Source: Candidatus Latescibacterota bacterium (GTDB taxonomy: Bacteria > Latescibacterota > UBA2968 > GCA-2709665). Taken from it: a stretch of DNA of 64,000 nucleotides. Where the stretch lies: assembly GCA_965222075.1 (NCBI GenBank), contig OZ244937.1, forward strand, positions 1,120,001 to 1,184,000, read 5' to 3'. Of this stretch, positions 29,168 through 38,981 are shown piece after piece. The notes beneath the pieces are model-generated. The model was not told the DNA's origin. It saw nothing but the letters and a program-made list of their open reading frames with translations, and did no database searches. The translations under genes and the position numbers were made by a program. Position 1 is the first letter of the stretch; every line of letters begins with the position of its first letter.

Positions 29168-32100
29168 ATGACTTTGATTGACACAAAAAACGACCAGGTC
29201 CATCCGGGAGCCTATGTCAGGCAACACGTCATCCCAAAGGGTACGACGGTTACAAAGGCCGCCGCGATCCTGGGTGTCGGGCGACCCGCGCTTTCCAATT
29301 TCCTCAACGGCAAGGCGGCACTATCGCCGGAGATGGCGCTGCGGCTTGAGCGCGCCTTCGGGGCGGACCGTAAAACGCTTCTCGACCTCCAGATCCGATT
29401 CTCCCGCAGCGAGGAGGCCATGCATGGACAGCCCGTGCCTGCCGGAGCTTATGCGCCGGCGCTGATTTCGATCAGGACACGCGACATACAGCGCTGGGCA
29501 CAGGACAACATTCATGCCCGCCAGGAACTGGCGGCGCTGTTGCGCAGGCTGATTCATTCGACCGGGTGCAACCTCACCCGCGTCGATTTCCCCGCCTATG
29601 ACAATGCCGAGCGGAGGGGATGGGACGGCGTCATCAAGACGTCGGCACCCACACCGTGGATACCGGACGGAACGTCCGGCTGGGAAGTCAGCTGCAGAGA
29701 GGATGCCTGGAGGAAAGCCGAGAGCGACTACGCGGCCCGCCTGAAATCCGTCCCACCAACGGAAAGGAACGCCACCACATTCGTTTTTGTTACGGCGCGC
29801 AGTTGGAAGAAGAAACAAGACTGGGCGAACGAGAAGGCCGCCCTTGACCAATGGAAGGAAGTCCGGGCCTACGACGCGAGCGACCTGGAACAATGGCTTG
29901 AGCAATCGGCTCCGGCTCAAATCTGGTTCGCCGAACGGCTCGGACAGCCGGTTGAGGATTATCGGTCGATCGAAAAATGCTGGTTGACCTGGGCCGAGGC
30001 CTGCGACCCACCGCTGTCGCCTGCACTCTTCGCTCCGTCGGTGGAACGGTTTGCCGAAAAATTTGGGGACTGGCTGAACGAGGAACCCGATCGCCCGTTC
30101 ATCGTCGCCGCCGACTCGCGGGAGGAAGCGCTCGTCTTCCTGCGTTGTCTTGCCCGGTCCTCAAAGACCGGCATCCCCGGTCTCGACGACCGTATGATCG
30201 TGTTCGACACGTCCGCAGCCTTGCGGCGGTTCGACGCCGGGACCCGTGTCCCGCTCGTCGCCGTGATCCACGACCCGGAGGTCGAAAAGGAGATCGGAGG
30301 CTTCCATCGCTGCTGTCACTGCGTGATCACCCGGCCCCGCAACAGCGTGACCACCGAACCCGATATCGCCCTCGATCTTCTGGGCCACCTGGATTTCCGC
30401 AAGGCTCTTGATGACATGGGGCTTTCCTACGACGACATCCAAAGACTCGCACGGGAATCAGCGCGCTCGCCGACGATCCTGCGGCGCTGTCTTGCCACAA
30501 TTCCGGCCGTCCGGACCCCATCCTGGGCAGGCGATGCCAGGATCGCCCGGAAGCTGCTGCCGGCGGCGATGGTTGGCGCCTGGCACAATACCTCGCCGGC
30601 TGACCTCGGAGTTATTGGTCATTTCGCTGTTTCGGACGACGATACGATAGATTACAACGTCACGGAGATGCTCAATCTTGAGGATCCACCGCTCTGGTCG
30701 GCGGGAGAATATCGGGGCGTCGCCTCACGGATCGACGCTCTGTTCGGGATCGCCCTGTTCATCACCAGGAAGGACCTCGACATTTTCTTTGAGGTTGCCG
30801 AAAAGGTGCTGTCGGAGAAAGCCCTCGCCATTGACTTGCCCCCAGGCCAAAGATGGCAGGCAAGTTTACCCGGAAAGGTGCGGAATCATTCGGACGTGCT
30901 GCGCCGAGGCATTCGCGAGACACTGGTTATCCTGGCCGTCCACGGGAACCGGCTGTTTCACCAGCGTCTGGGCTTCAACGTCGAAGCCCGCGTTGCCGCC
31001 CTTGTCAACAAGCTGCTGAGCCCACTTGATCGGGAGAAGATTCTGTTCTACGGCGAGGATCTTCCGGATTATGCGGAAGCGGCCCCGGAGGAAGTTCTGT
31101 CATTGCTTGAGAAGGACCTTCGGAAACCCGAACCCGTCATTCGGGAACTCATGCGACCGGCGGGAAATAGCTTTTTCAGCCCTCCCCTTCGGACCCCCTT
31201 GTTGTGGGCGCTGGAAGGTCTTGCGTGGAAACCCCAGCGCTTTCCACGCGTGGTGGAACTTCTGGCAAAGCTTTGCGCGACGCACAAAAACGAAGCTCAC
31301 GACAACTGGGCACCCAGGCCCGAGGACACGCTTGGGTCTCTTTTCCGATCCTGGTTGCCCCAGACCGCCGCCTCGCTTGATGAGAGAGTGAAGGCGTTAG
31401 AGGGACTCTGGCGCCGTCATCCGATGCTGGGATGGTCTGTATGTATTGACCAATTGGCATGGCGACGCTCCGTCGCCATGCCGAACCACCGTCCGCACTG
31501 GCGTGACGATGCGGCGAACACAATCGCTGAGGTGCCCCAGGCCGAGTGGTTCATCCGAAAGGCCAGAGATCTTGTCCTGACCTGGCCGGGGCACGACGAA
31601 AAAACTCTGGGGGCCCTCGTCGAACGGCTTGAACAGTTTCGCGAAGCGGAACAGCTTAAGATATGGAATCTTATCGGTCAGTGGGCCGACTCGACGGCGT
31701 CAGATGAGGCCAAAGCGATTCTGCGCCAACGCATCCATGGATGTGCGCACGAGCGCCACCGCCTGGGAGATTCAATTGCACATCCGGAACAAGAACGGGC
31801 GGCCTCGAAAAAGTTGTTGCCGAAAGACAAGGCCACCCGCCAGCTTTTCGCTTCGCCTTGGGTCGAATTGCCGCCCGACGGTTCCGAAGACGAGGCGTTT
31901 GACTACGAAACGAACGAACAACGGCTTCACGAACTGCGCATGGAGGCGTTGCGCGAGATCTGGGAGGCGCGTGGTTTCGAAGGCGTGAGCATTTTACTTG
32001 AGAAAAGTGAGAAGATGTCAAGCCTCATCGGCGGACTCATGACAGGAATTCTGCGGGGCGAAGCGGCCAAGTTCATTAAGTCGTGCCTCCACGCAGCGGC

Positions 32101-33241
32101 AGCCGATAAAGAATCCGCGTACCGGTCCTGCCTCACCGGATTTCTGTGGAAGGCGGGCCCCGACCTTGTCGCCGCGATTATCGCTGACACCGAGCGCTCT
32201 GGCACGCCCGCCACCTTGACCACGCTGCTTCTGTGCATGCCGTTCAGGGCGACGACCTGGCGCCGGCTTGACAACAAACCGTCCGACTTCCGGGACATGT
32301 ACTGGAAAAGGGTGGAACCTCGAACCTGGAGGGGTGGAGAAGAAGAGATCAACGAATCCGTCGGGATGTTGCTTGCTGTGGACCGCGCCCCGACCGCCTT
32401 TCGGGCAGCCCTCGTAGCGTGGGACCAGGTCGAGACGCCGCTGCTGATACGGCTCCTCCATGCCTTGTCTGTCGCCGATTCGGAAGATTTTTTGAATGAT
32501 CCCACGACCGACGACTATAACATCTCAGTGGCGTTCGATGCGCTCGACAAGCGGCCCGGCGTCACGGTCGAGGAAAAAGCCCAACTCGAGTACGTCTATC
32601 TTACGCGGCTCGACCGAAGTGAACATGGCATTCCCAATCTTGAAAAACACATCGCCGCGTCGCCCAGGTTCTACGCGCTGGCAATCGCATGCGTATCGCG
32701 ACGCGCGGATGGTGGGGAAGATCCGCCTGAATTAAGGTTTGGCGATCCCGAACGGCTTTCGGCAATCGTCAGCGCGGCTCGTAGGCTTCTCTACCGAGTC
32801 CGCCGTATCCCCGGCACCGACGGGAAGGGGAACATTGATGCCAAAGAATTGAAGGCCTGGCTCCGTGAGGTCCGCTCATGGTGTGCGCGGCACGACCGCG
32901 CAGAAATTGGCGACCATAAGATCGGCCGGTTTTTGGCTCACGCTCCGGACGACGACGGCGTCTGGCCGTGCCGACCCGTTTGTGAAGCACTGGAATGGAT
33001 GGCCTCTGAAGAAGTCGCTCGCGGCTTCGAGATCGGCGCGCGGAATAGGCGAGGCGCCTATTTGAGAGGCGAAGGCGGCGATCAGGAACGCGATCTGGCG
33101 GCGCGCTACCGCGCCTGGGCCCGTGAGCTTGTCTACGGCTACCCCTATGTCGGCGCCGTGCTGGAGCGTATCGCCACCCTGTGCGACCACGAAGCAGGAT
33201 GGCAAGACACCGAGTCGGAGGTCATGCTTGGGGGATGGTGA
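29168..33241 (+). CDS. Large HigA-type HTH fusion protein (~1357 aa) with restriction-endonuclease-like domain and long helical C-terminus
   Basis: HPG.YVR...AAAILGVGRPALSNFLNGKAALSPEMALRLERAFG (HigA); GWDG...WEVS...KAESDY..R and FVFVT nuclease-like region. Confidence 0.7.
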   Translation: MTLIDTKNDQVHPGAYVRQHVIPKGTTVTKAAAILGVGRPALSNFLNGKAALSPEMALRLERAFGADRKTLLDLQIRFSRSEEAMHGQPVPAGAYAPALISIRTRDIQRWAQDNIHARQELAALLRRLIHSTGCNLTRVDFPAYDNAERRGWDGVIKTSAPTPWIPDGTSGWEVSCREDAWRKAESDYAARLKSVPPTERNATTFVFVTARSWKKKQDWANEKAALDQWKEVRAYDASDLEQWLEQSAPAQIWFAERLGQPVEDYRSIEKCWLTWAEACDPPLSPALFAPSVERFAEKFGDWLNEEPDRPFIVAADSREEALVFLRCLARSSKTGIPGLDDRMIVFDTSAALRRFDAGTRVPLVAVIHDPEVEKEIGGFHRCCHCVITRPRNSVTTEPDIALDLLGHLDFRKALDDMGLSYDDIQRLARESARSPTILRRCLATIPAVRTPSWAGDARIARKLLPAAMVGAWHNTSPADLGVIGHFAVSDDDTIDYNVTEMLNLEDPPLWSAGEYRGVASRIDALFGIALFITRKDLDIFFEVAEKVLSEKALAIDLPPGQRWQASLPGKVRNHSDVLRRGIRETLVILAVHGNRLFHQRLGFNVEARVAALVNKLLSPLDREKILFYGEDLPDYAEAAPEEVLSLLEKDLRKPEPVIRELMRPAGNSFFSPPLRTPLLWALEGLAWKPQRFPRVVELLAKLCATHKNEAHDNWAPRPEDTLGSLFRSWLPQTAASLDERVKALEGLWRRHPMLGWSVCIDQLAWRRSVAMPNHRPHWRDDAANTIAEVPQAEWFIRKARDLVLTWPGHDEKTLGALVERLEQFREAEQLKIWNLIGQWADSTASDEAKAILRQRIHGCAHERHRLGDSIAHPEQERAASKKLLPKDKATRQLFASPWVELPPDGSEDEAFDYETNEQRLHELRMEALREIWEARGFEGVSILLEKSEKMSSLIGGLMTGILRGEAAKFIKSCLHAAAADKESAYRSCLTGFLWKAGPDLVAAIIADTERSGTPATLTTLLLCMPFRATTWRRLDNKPSDFRDMYWKRVEPRTWRGGEEEINESVGMLLAVDRAPTAFRAALVAWDQVETPLLIRLLHALSVADSEDFLNDPTTDDYNISVAFDALDKRPGVTVEEKAQLEYVYLTRLDRSEHGIPNLEKHIAASPRFYALAIACVSRRADGGEDPPELRFGDPERLSAIVSAARRLLYRVRRIPGTDGKGNIDAKELKAWLREVRSWCARHDRAEIGDHKIGRFLAHAPDDDGVWPCRPVCEALEWMASEEVARGFEIGARNRRGAYLRGEGGDQERDLAARYRAWARELVYGYPYVGAVLERIATLCDHEAGWQDTESEVMLGGW

Positions 33242-33277
33242 ATGCCATCTCCCTTTACATCAAGGCGAAAATTCCAC

Positions 33278-33311
33278 TTGACATTAAACCAGTACAACTT
33301 TAATGTAATAT
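33278..33311 (+). promoter_or_regulatory. amt promoter (TTGACA -35) overlapped by inverted repeat ACATTAAA-N10-TTTAATGT
   Basis: ttgacattaaaccagtacaactttaatgtaata. Confidence 0.5.
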
Positions 33312-33369
33312 GGTCAGGTGATTTTTGCGTTTTCGACCTATTTACCGGCTGATACAAGGGAGGGGTATC

Positions 33370-34701
33370 ATGAAGTGGCGAAAATACTCGGCGCTGGTTG
33401 GGGGCACGCTCTTATTGGCTTTGCTGGCCTTGCCCGAAGCGGCTTTCGCCGGTCAGTTGGACACTGGAGACACGGCCTGGATCATCACAGCAACGGCACT
33501 CGTGTTATTCATGACCCTACCCGGTCTCGCCATGTTCTACGCCGGCTTGGTTCCGTCGAAAAACGTGCTCTCTTTGTTCATGCAGTGTTTCGGCATAACC
33601 GCCCTGGTCACTGTGCTCTGGATCATCTACGGTTACAGCATCGTTTTTGATTCGGCCGGCATGGTCGCAGGGGAACGCGGATTGCACGCCTTTGTCGGCG
33701 GATTGGGCAAGGCGTTCCTCAGCGACGTGACCCCCGATGCTCTGACAGGCACCATTCCGGAGCCGATTTTCGTCGCATTTCAGCTCACCTTCGCCATCAT
33801 CACCCCCGCCCTCATGGTCGGCGCTTTCGCCGGACGGATGAAATTTTCGGCCGTCTTGTGGTTTACCGGACTGTGGGTTACGGTGGTCTATTTCCCCATC
33901 GCTCACATGGTCTGGGGCGGAGAGGGCTCCTACTTCGGCGACATGGGGGTCTTCGACTTCGCCGGTGGCATCGTCGTGCACATGACCGCAGGTTTTTCGG
34001 CTCTGGTAGCCTGTATTGTCGTCGGCAAGCGGAAAGTGCACCTGGGGCAGACTGCGCCGCCTCACAATATCCCCATGGTCTTGACTGGAATGGCCATACT
34101 CTGGGTGGGCTGGTTCGGCTTCAACGGCGGCAGCGCGCTGGCTGCCAACGGCCAGGCCACCATGGCCTTGCTGGTTACCCAGATCTCAGCCTCCCTCGGG
34201 GCTTTGACCTGGATCGTCATAGAGTGGATTCGATACGGCAAACCCACTGCTGTAGGGTTTGCAACCGGGGCCATCGCCGGTCTCGCCGCCATCACGCCGG
34301 CTTCCGGAACCGTGGGCCCGATCGGCGCTTTGGTTATCGGCATCACCGCCGGGTTAATCTGTTATTATGCCTCTACCATATTCAAGTTCAAAGTCGGCTA
34401 TGATGATACCCTGGATGTGGTGGGCGTCCACGGCGTCGGCGGTCTTATCGGCGTGATCCTCGTAGGGATTTTCGCCTCTTCCATGTTTGGCGGATCGGAA
34501 GCTGGGTTGGACATCGGGAACCAGTTGAAAGTTCAGATCTTTGCCGCCATCTTCACTTTCATCTATTCCGTTGTGGTTTCTTTCCTTCTGCTGAAGATTG
34601 TTGACGCTATCGTCGGACTGCGCATCCACGACGAAGGGGAGGCCATCGGACTCGACGTCAGCGATCACGGCGAAACCGGTTACACGCATGTAGAGAGGTA
34701 G
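33370..34701 (+). CDS. amtB: Ammonium transporter
   Basis: PGLAMFYAG, FQLTFAIIT, DFAGGIVVH, WVGWFGFNGGS, ITPASG, DDTLDV.GVHG. Confidence 0.95.
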   Translation: MKWRKYSALVGGTLLLALLALPEAAFAGQLDTGDTAWIITATALVLFMTLPGLAMFYAGLVPSKNVLSLFMQCFGITALVTVLWIIYGYSIVFDSAGMVAGERGLHAFVGGLGKAFLSDVTPDALTGTIPEPIFVAFQLTFAIITPALMVGAFAGRMKFSAVLWFTGLWVTVVYFPIAHMVWGGEGSYFGDMGVFDFAGGIVVHMTAGFSALVACIVVGKRKVHLGQTAPPHNIPMVLTGMAILWVGWFGFNGGSALAANGQATMALLVTQISASLGALTWIVIEWIRYGKPTAVGFATGAIAGLAAITPASGTVGPIGALVIGITAGLICYYASTIFKFKVGYDDTLDVVGVHGVGGLIGVILVGIFASSMFGGSEAGLDIGNQLKVQIFAAIFTFIYSVVVSFLLLKIVDAIVGLRIHDEGEAIGLDVSDHGETGYTHVER

Positions 34702-34854
34702 CTGAGGCAACAAACAATCCCCCCGGGGCCGGAGGGGTTGTTTTGCTTGAGTTAATATATTGTTTATAAAGAAGTTTATGAAGGTTTCAATAACTTTTGG
34801 TCTCAGTAAAATCCTGATCGGAAATTACTGGAAACGATTGGAGGAATAAAAAAT

Positions 34855-35565
34855 ATGTCAAGCCGAATACGTGTTATCGTCCTGACCCTGAGCCTGCTTG
34901 TCAGCCCTGCATTCGCCCAGCAGCAGGAGATTTCCGTTGAAGCCGGTGCAGACCTTTTCTCCCAATATCTCTTTCGGGGCGCGGTCATTACAGACAAGCT
35001 TACCCTGCAGCCTGCCATCACCCTCGGCTTTGGAGACTCCGGCTTCTCCTTCAACGTCTGGGGTTCCGCTGCCGTCCTGGACCGGAGAACTCTTGACCAG
35101 GGCGATGAACTCGACTTCACCGTTACACTGGATCGCAGTTTGGATGCAGGGGACAAAAGCGTCGGGCTTTCGGTGGGTTATATCCAATACACCTTTCCCA
35201 GTCTCTCAACAGGCACCAAACATTCCGAGGAATTCTTCGTCGGCCTGAGTCTGGACAATCCGATCGCCCCGTCCCTAACCCTCTACTACGACTTCGGCGC
35301 CTTCGATGTGTGGTATCTCAACGGCGCTGTTGGTCGCGAGTTCCCCCTGAAACCCGAAAGCAATATTATGCTGGGGGTTTCGGGCGACATCGGGTTCAGC
35401 GACGCCACCGGCAGCTTCACGTTCAACCACATCGGTGTGTCGGCTTCTCTCAACGTCAGCCGGGGCGCCGTGTCATTTTCACCTACCATCGGCATTCTTT
35501 ACTCAGACAAAGAACTCAATGCCGACGAAACCGAAATCTGGGGCGGTATCAGTGTGAGTTTTTAA
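34855..35565 (+). CDS. Putative outer-membrane beta-barrel/porin (TorF/TIGR02001-like)
   Basis: Signal peptide (SPAFA), SQYLFRG, ELDF, alternating strands, terminal Phe; next to amt. Confidence 0.6.
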   Translation: MSSRIRVIVLTLSLLVSPAFAQQQEISVEAGADLFSQYLFRGAVITDKLTLQPAITLGFGDSGFSFNVWGSAAVLDRRTLDQGDELDFTVTLDRSLDAGDKSVGLSVGYIQYTFPSLSTGTKHSEEFFVGLSLDNPIAPSLTLYYDFGAFDVWYLNGAVGREFPLKPESNIMLGVSGDIGFSDATGSFTFNHIGVSASLNVSRGAVSFSPTIGILYSDKELNADETEIWGGISVSF

Positions 35566-35745
35566 GAAGTTGCCTGGAAAATAGGATACCCGGGTTCAAC
35601 TGCTTTTTTGTTCATGGCCTTTTTCTTGTTCGCCCAAGAAAAAGGCCGAAAAAGAAGGGCGCCTGCCTGCGCGGCGCACCGCGCTGCAGGCAGGCCGCTC
35701 AGACGCCGCCTGTCTGCGTGCGTGTCCGCACGCAGACAGGCGCTT
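35566..35745. repeat. Composite intergenic repeat with two CCTG..CAGG palindromes (35662-35694, 35709-35740)
   Basis: ggcctttttcttg/caagaaaaaggcc hairpin plus palindromes matching or resembling those at 19119, 40197 and 57378. Confidence 0.8.
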
Positions 35746-35794
35746 TTGCAGCAGTACACCACGAAAATCGAGGACCATCAGAGAGATAGACGTT

Positions 35795-35926
35795 ATGAGT
35801 TTTGGCAGTAAGTCTTTTCTTAAGGGTATGATAACAGGGTTGGTTCTGACGATGATCGTGGGTCTTCTGGGGTACCGTTTTCTTTTTCCGTCTTCGGATG
35901 AAAACAAGGCCGGAGAAAAGAGTTGA
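35795..35926 (+). CDS. Small single-TM peptide (43 aa; not in ORF track)
   Basis: MSFGSKSFLKGMITGLVLTMIVGLLGYRFLFPSSDENKAGEKS*. Confidence 0.4.
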   Translation: MSFGSKSFLKGMITGLVLTMIVGLLGYRFLFPSSDENKAGEKS

Positions 35927-36000
35927 CCACCGCAAGGTCCCGAGGCCCGGAGTCCGGGACCGGCTGAGACATCGCATGCTGTGAAAGGAGGTAGCGTCTT

Positions 36001-36435
36001 ATGGATACGTTCAGGCGAATCGTCGGTGTGGTTCTCATCGTCACTGCGGTTGTGGTCGCAGTTCACACGGTTATCGAGCCGCTGTATTACACTTCCACCG
36101 AAGCCAGTCCGTACAGCCCGCATTGGGGCAAGATTAACCCGCTTATGGTGCTGGCGGTCGTGCTGGGTGTGATTTTCGGCTACATCCGCAAGAGAAGCGT
36201 TGACCGCGAGGGCGGCGATGCGCCGGTGACCCGCGAGTTTCTGGCAGCCAACACGCTGTTCTACGGTTTCCTGTTCGTTGGCATCCTGTTCTTCTGGAAC
36301 TGGTTCAATCTCCTCAGTCCCGCATTCACCGCAGTGGGAATGGATACGGTCTCTCTGGTGTGGATCATCATCGACACCGGGCTGCCGCTGCTGGCGGTCG
36401 TGCTGGGCCTATCCCTGCTGAGCGGCGACAAGTAA
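36001..36435 (+). CDS. Hypothetical 4-TM membrane protein
   Basis: Strong SD aaggaggt; four hydrophobic segments. Confidence 0.75.
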   Translation: MDTFRRIVGVVLIVTAVVVAVHTVIEPLYYTSTEASPYSPHWGKINPLMVLAVVLGVIFGYIRKRSVDREGGDAPVTREFLAANTLFYGFLFVGILFFWNWFNLLSPAFTAVGMDTVSLVWIIIDTGLPLLAVVLGLSLLSGDK

Positions 36436-36560
36436 GCCGCCAGCAGGTCAACGACGCCTTTTGGGGGGCATCTGAGCCACATACCGAGAGGTCAAACGCT
36501 GGAGTGGGGTTTCAGTACTGGGCGCAGAGGATAGACCCAGATGCGGAACGGGCCTGTGAG

Positions 36561-36582
36561 GAGGTGGACAGGCCCTTTTTTT
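36561..36582 (+). terminator. Rho-independent terminator (3' arm and U-tract; stem begins ~36550)
   Basis: gggcctgt...acaggccc followed by ttttttt. Confidence 0.6.
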
Positions 36583-36677
36583 GTTCGCCGGCTCAAAACG
36601 ATTTATCGTGGGAGGGCGTAAAGCGACTTTTCTTTTTCCGAAATCTGTCTTATATTTCAAAAAAGAATCCGCCTGAT

Positions 36678-36709
36678 GAATACATGAGACAGATCTGTCT
36701 CATGTATTC
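36678..36709. repeat. Perfect 32-bp palindrome
   Basis: gaatacatgagacaga|tctgtctcatgtattc. Confidence 0.95.
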
Positions 36710-36878
36710 TCTCCAAAGCTTCTCAGGTTGGGCCGGGAATTTTTGTATCGGTTTTAAAAACAATATGTTAATTCCTGACTCTCCAAATTTTGATTCCCTG
36801 GCACGACTATTGCCTGAGTAAATAGTAGAGGGTCTCCCACAAAGCAGACGAAATCCGTAAAGCAGATAGGAGGGTGTG

Positions 36879-38171
36879 ATGGACCGATTCAGTGGTGGAA
36901 GTGACGTGATGGTGATGGAAATGGGTGAGGCGCTGAACCCGCTGGCGATTGCCCGGCAGCAGCTGGACAATGTGGCCGAGCGGCTCAACCTGGATCAGTT
37001 CTTGTACGAACGGCTGAGGCACCCGAGGCGGACGATTAGCGTTTCTGTTCCGGTGGTGATGGACGACGGCTCGGTTCAGGTTTTTACCGGATATCGGGTG
37101 CATCACAACCTCTTTAGAGGGCCGGCCAAAGGGGGCATCCGCTACCATCCGGACGTGACGCTGGATGAGGTGAGCGCCCTGGCGATGTGGATGACGTGGA
37201 AGTGTGCACTGGTGGATATCCCGTTCGGGGGCGCCAAAGGAGGGGTGATCTGCAATCCGAAGGAGATGAGTCTGGGAGAACAGGAGCGGATGACGCGTCG
37301 GTTGACGGCGGAGCTGATGATTATCCTGGGCCCCGACAAGGATATTCCGGCGCCTGATGTGAATACGAATGCACAGACGATGGGCTGGATTCTGGATACC
37401 TACAGTATGAATGTCGGCCATTCGGTTCCAAGCGTGGTAACAGGCAAGCCGCTTTCCGTGGGCGGGTCCCGGGGGCGGGAGGAGGCCACGGGGCGGGGCT
37501 GCATTCGCACCGTGCTGGAGGCGTTGAAGCACCTGGAGATCGAGGTGGAGGGGGTGCGGGTGGCGGTGCAGGGGTTTGGAAATGTGGGAAAGATCGCGGC
37601 CGGTTTGATCCAGGGAAGGGGGGCCAGCATTGTGGCAGTGAGCGATTCGCGGGGGGGAATCTACAATCCGAACGGGCTGGATGTGGAGGGGGTTGCCGCT
37701 CATAAGGCGGAGACGGGTCAGGTGGCGGGGTTCCCAGAGGCGGATGGGGTGACAAACGAGGAGGTGCTGGAGCTGGACTGCGACGTGCTGATTCCGGCGG
37801 CCCTGGAGAACCAGATTACAGGACAGAATGCGGATCGCATCCGGGCGAAGGTGGTGGCCGAAGGGGCCAACGGACCCACGATACCGGCTGCGGACGAGAT
37901 CCTCTACGACCGGGGTATTTTCCTGATTCCGGATATCCTGGCGAATGCCGGCGGGGTGACAGTCTCCTATTTTGAATGGGTGCAGGGGCTGATGCAGTTT
38001 TTCTGGTCGGAGGAGGAGGTCAATGAGAAATTGAGGACTATTATGCATAAGGCCTTTCACGATACCCTGGAAGTTTCCATCCGGGAGAAGGTGGATATGC
38101 GGGTTGCGGCCTATCTGCTGGCGGTATCGCGGACGGCCGAGGCCGGAAAGACGCTGGGCGTGTACCCGTAG
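36879..38171 (+). CDS. gdhA: Glutamate dehydrogenase (Glu/Leu/Phe/Val dehydrogenase family)
   Basis: GPAKGGIRYHP, GGAKGG, DIPAPDV, VQGFGNVG, EGANGP, NAGGVTVSYFEW. Confidence 0.92.
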   Translation: MDRFSGGSDVMVMEMGEALNPLAIARQQLDNVAERLNLDQFLYERLRHPRRTISVSVPVVMDDGSVQVFTGYRVHHNLFRGPAKGGIRYHPDVTLDEVSALAMWMTWKCALVDIPFGGAKGGVICNPKEMSLGEQERMTRRLTAELMIILGPDKDIPAPDVNTNAQTMGWILDTYSMNVGHSVPSVVTGKPLSVGGSRGREEATGRGCIRTVLEALKHLEIEVEGVRVAVQGFGNVGKIAAGLIQGRGASIVAVSDSRGGIYNPNGLDVEGVAAHKAETGQVAGFPEADGVTNEEVLELDCDVLIPAALENQITGQNADRIRAKVVAEGANGPTIPAADEILYDRGIFLIPDILANAGGVTVSYFEWVQGLMQFFWSEEEVNEKLRTIMHKAFHDTLEVSIREKVDMRVAAYLLAVSRTAEAGKTLGVYP

Positions 38172-38197
38172 GCAGGCTGCGGTAGGGATCGACGATG

Positions 38198-38230
38198 AAC
38201 ACCCCTGGAGGGATCCCCTCCAGGGGTGTT
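38198..38230. terminator. Hairpin terminator between convergent genes
   Basis: aacacccctggaggg-atc-ccctccaggggtgtt. Confidence 0.75.
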
Positions 38231-38237
38231 TGTATTG

Positions 38238-38981
38238 TTATGAACTTTTCTCATCTTCCTCGGCAGCGTATGAATGCCCGTCGAAGATCGCTCTGACCTC
38301 CGCCGCCGTTTTCGCATTTTGCAATGCCTGAATTCGGGTTTCTTCTTCTTTTTGCAGCGCTTGAACACTGGCCAGGACGGCCTCAAGCCTGTCGCCTGGA
38401 AATTTGCAGGCGCCATTTTCGTCCATGTGGATAATCTCACCCGGAGAGACATCCATGCCCGCCACGGTGACGGGTACGTTGACCGCATGCACGGCCATGG
38501 CGCCGTGTCCTGCGGTGACGCCGCTGAGCATGTACTGGAACTTCATCGGACGTATTTCATCGATGTCCCTTGAAGGACCATTGGAGATGGCGCCCACACA
38601 CCCCACAGCGCTCATTGCACTTGTCATATTCCCCCCGGCCAGTCCGACCTTACCGGCTATCTCGGGTGGGAATTTTTGCTGAAAGACCAGAATCGACGGT
38701 TTTTTTGATTTATCCAGCGCGTCAATCACATCCATAAAGGACAGGCGCGCATAGTTCGGATCGGGCAATCCGAATACACATGTGACGGCATATCCAACGG
38801 TTCTGCCCAGTTCAGGATAGATGCAGCGGATGGATTGGTCGGTGTACCAGTTCTCGGTCCAGGGGTTGTAAAGACCCAAACAGAGAGGGCTTTGGGGATA
38901 GGTGGCCACGACATTGGTGATTGACGGTGTGTCGTGGTTTCGCAACGCCTCTAATATTTCCTGCTCAGCCGGTTTTGCCAC
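38238..38981 (-). CDS. RraA/HMG-aldolase family protein
   Basis: DTPSITN, VGYAVT, GG.M, G.SRDIDE, V.PGEIIHMDENG. Confidence 0.75.
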   Translation of the reverse strand: MAKPAEQEILEALRNHDTPSITNVVATYPQSPLCLGLYNPWTENWYTDQSIRCIYPELGRTVGYAVTCVFGLPDPNYARLSFMDVIDALDKSKKPSILVFQQKFPPEIAGKVGLAGGNMTSAMSAVGCVGAISNGPSRDIDEIRPMKFQYMLSGVTAGHGAMAVHAVNVPVTVAGMDVSPGEIIHMDENGACKFPGDRLEAVLASVQALQKEEETRIQALQNAKTAAEVRAIFDGHSYAAEEDEKSS

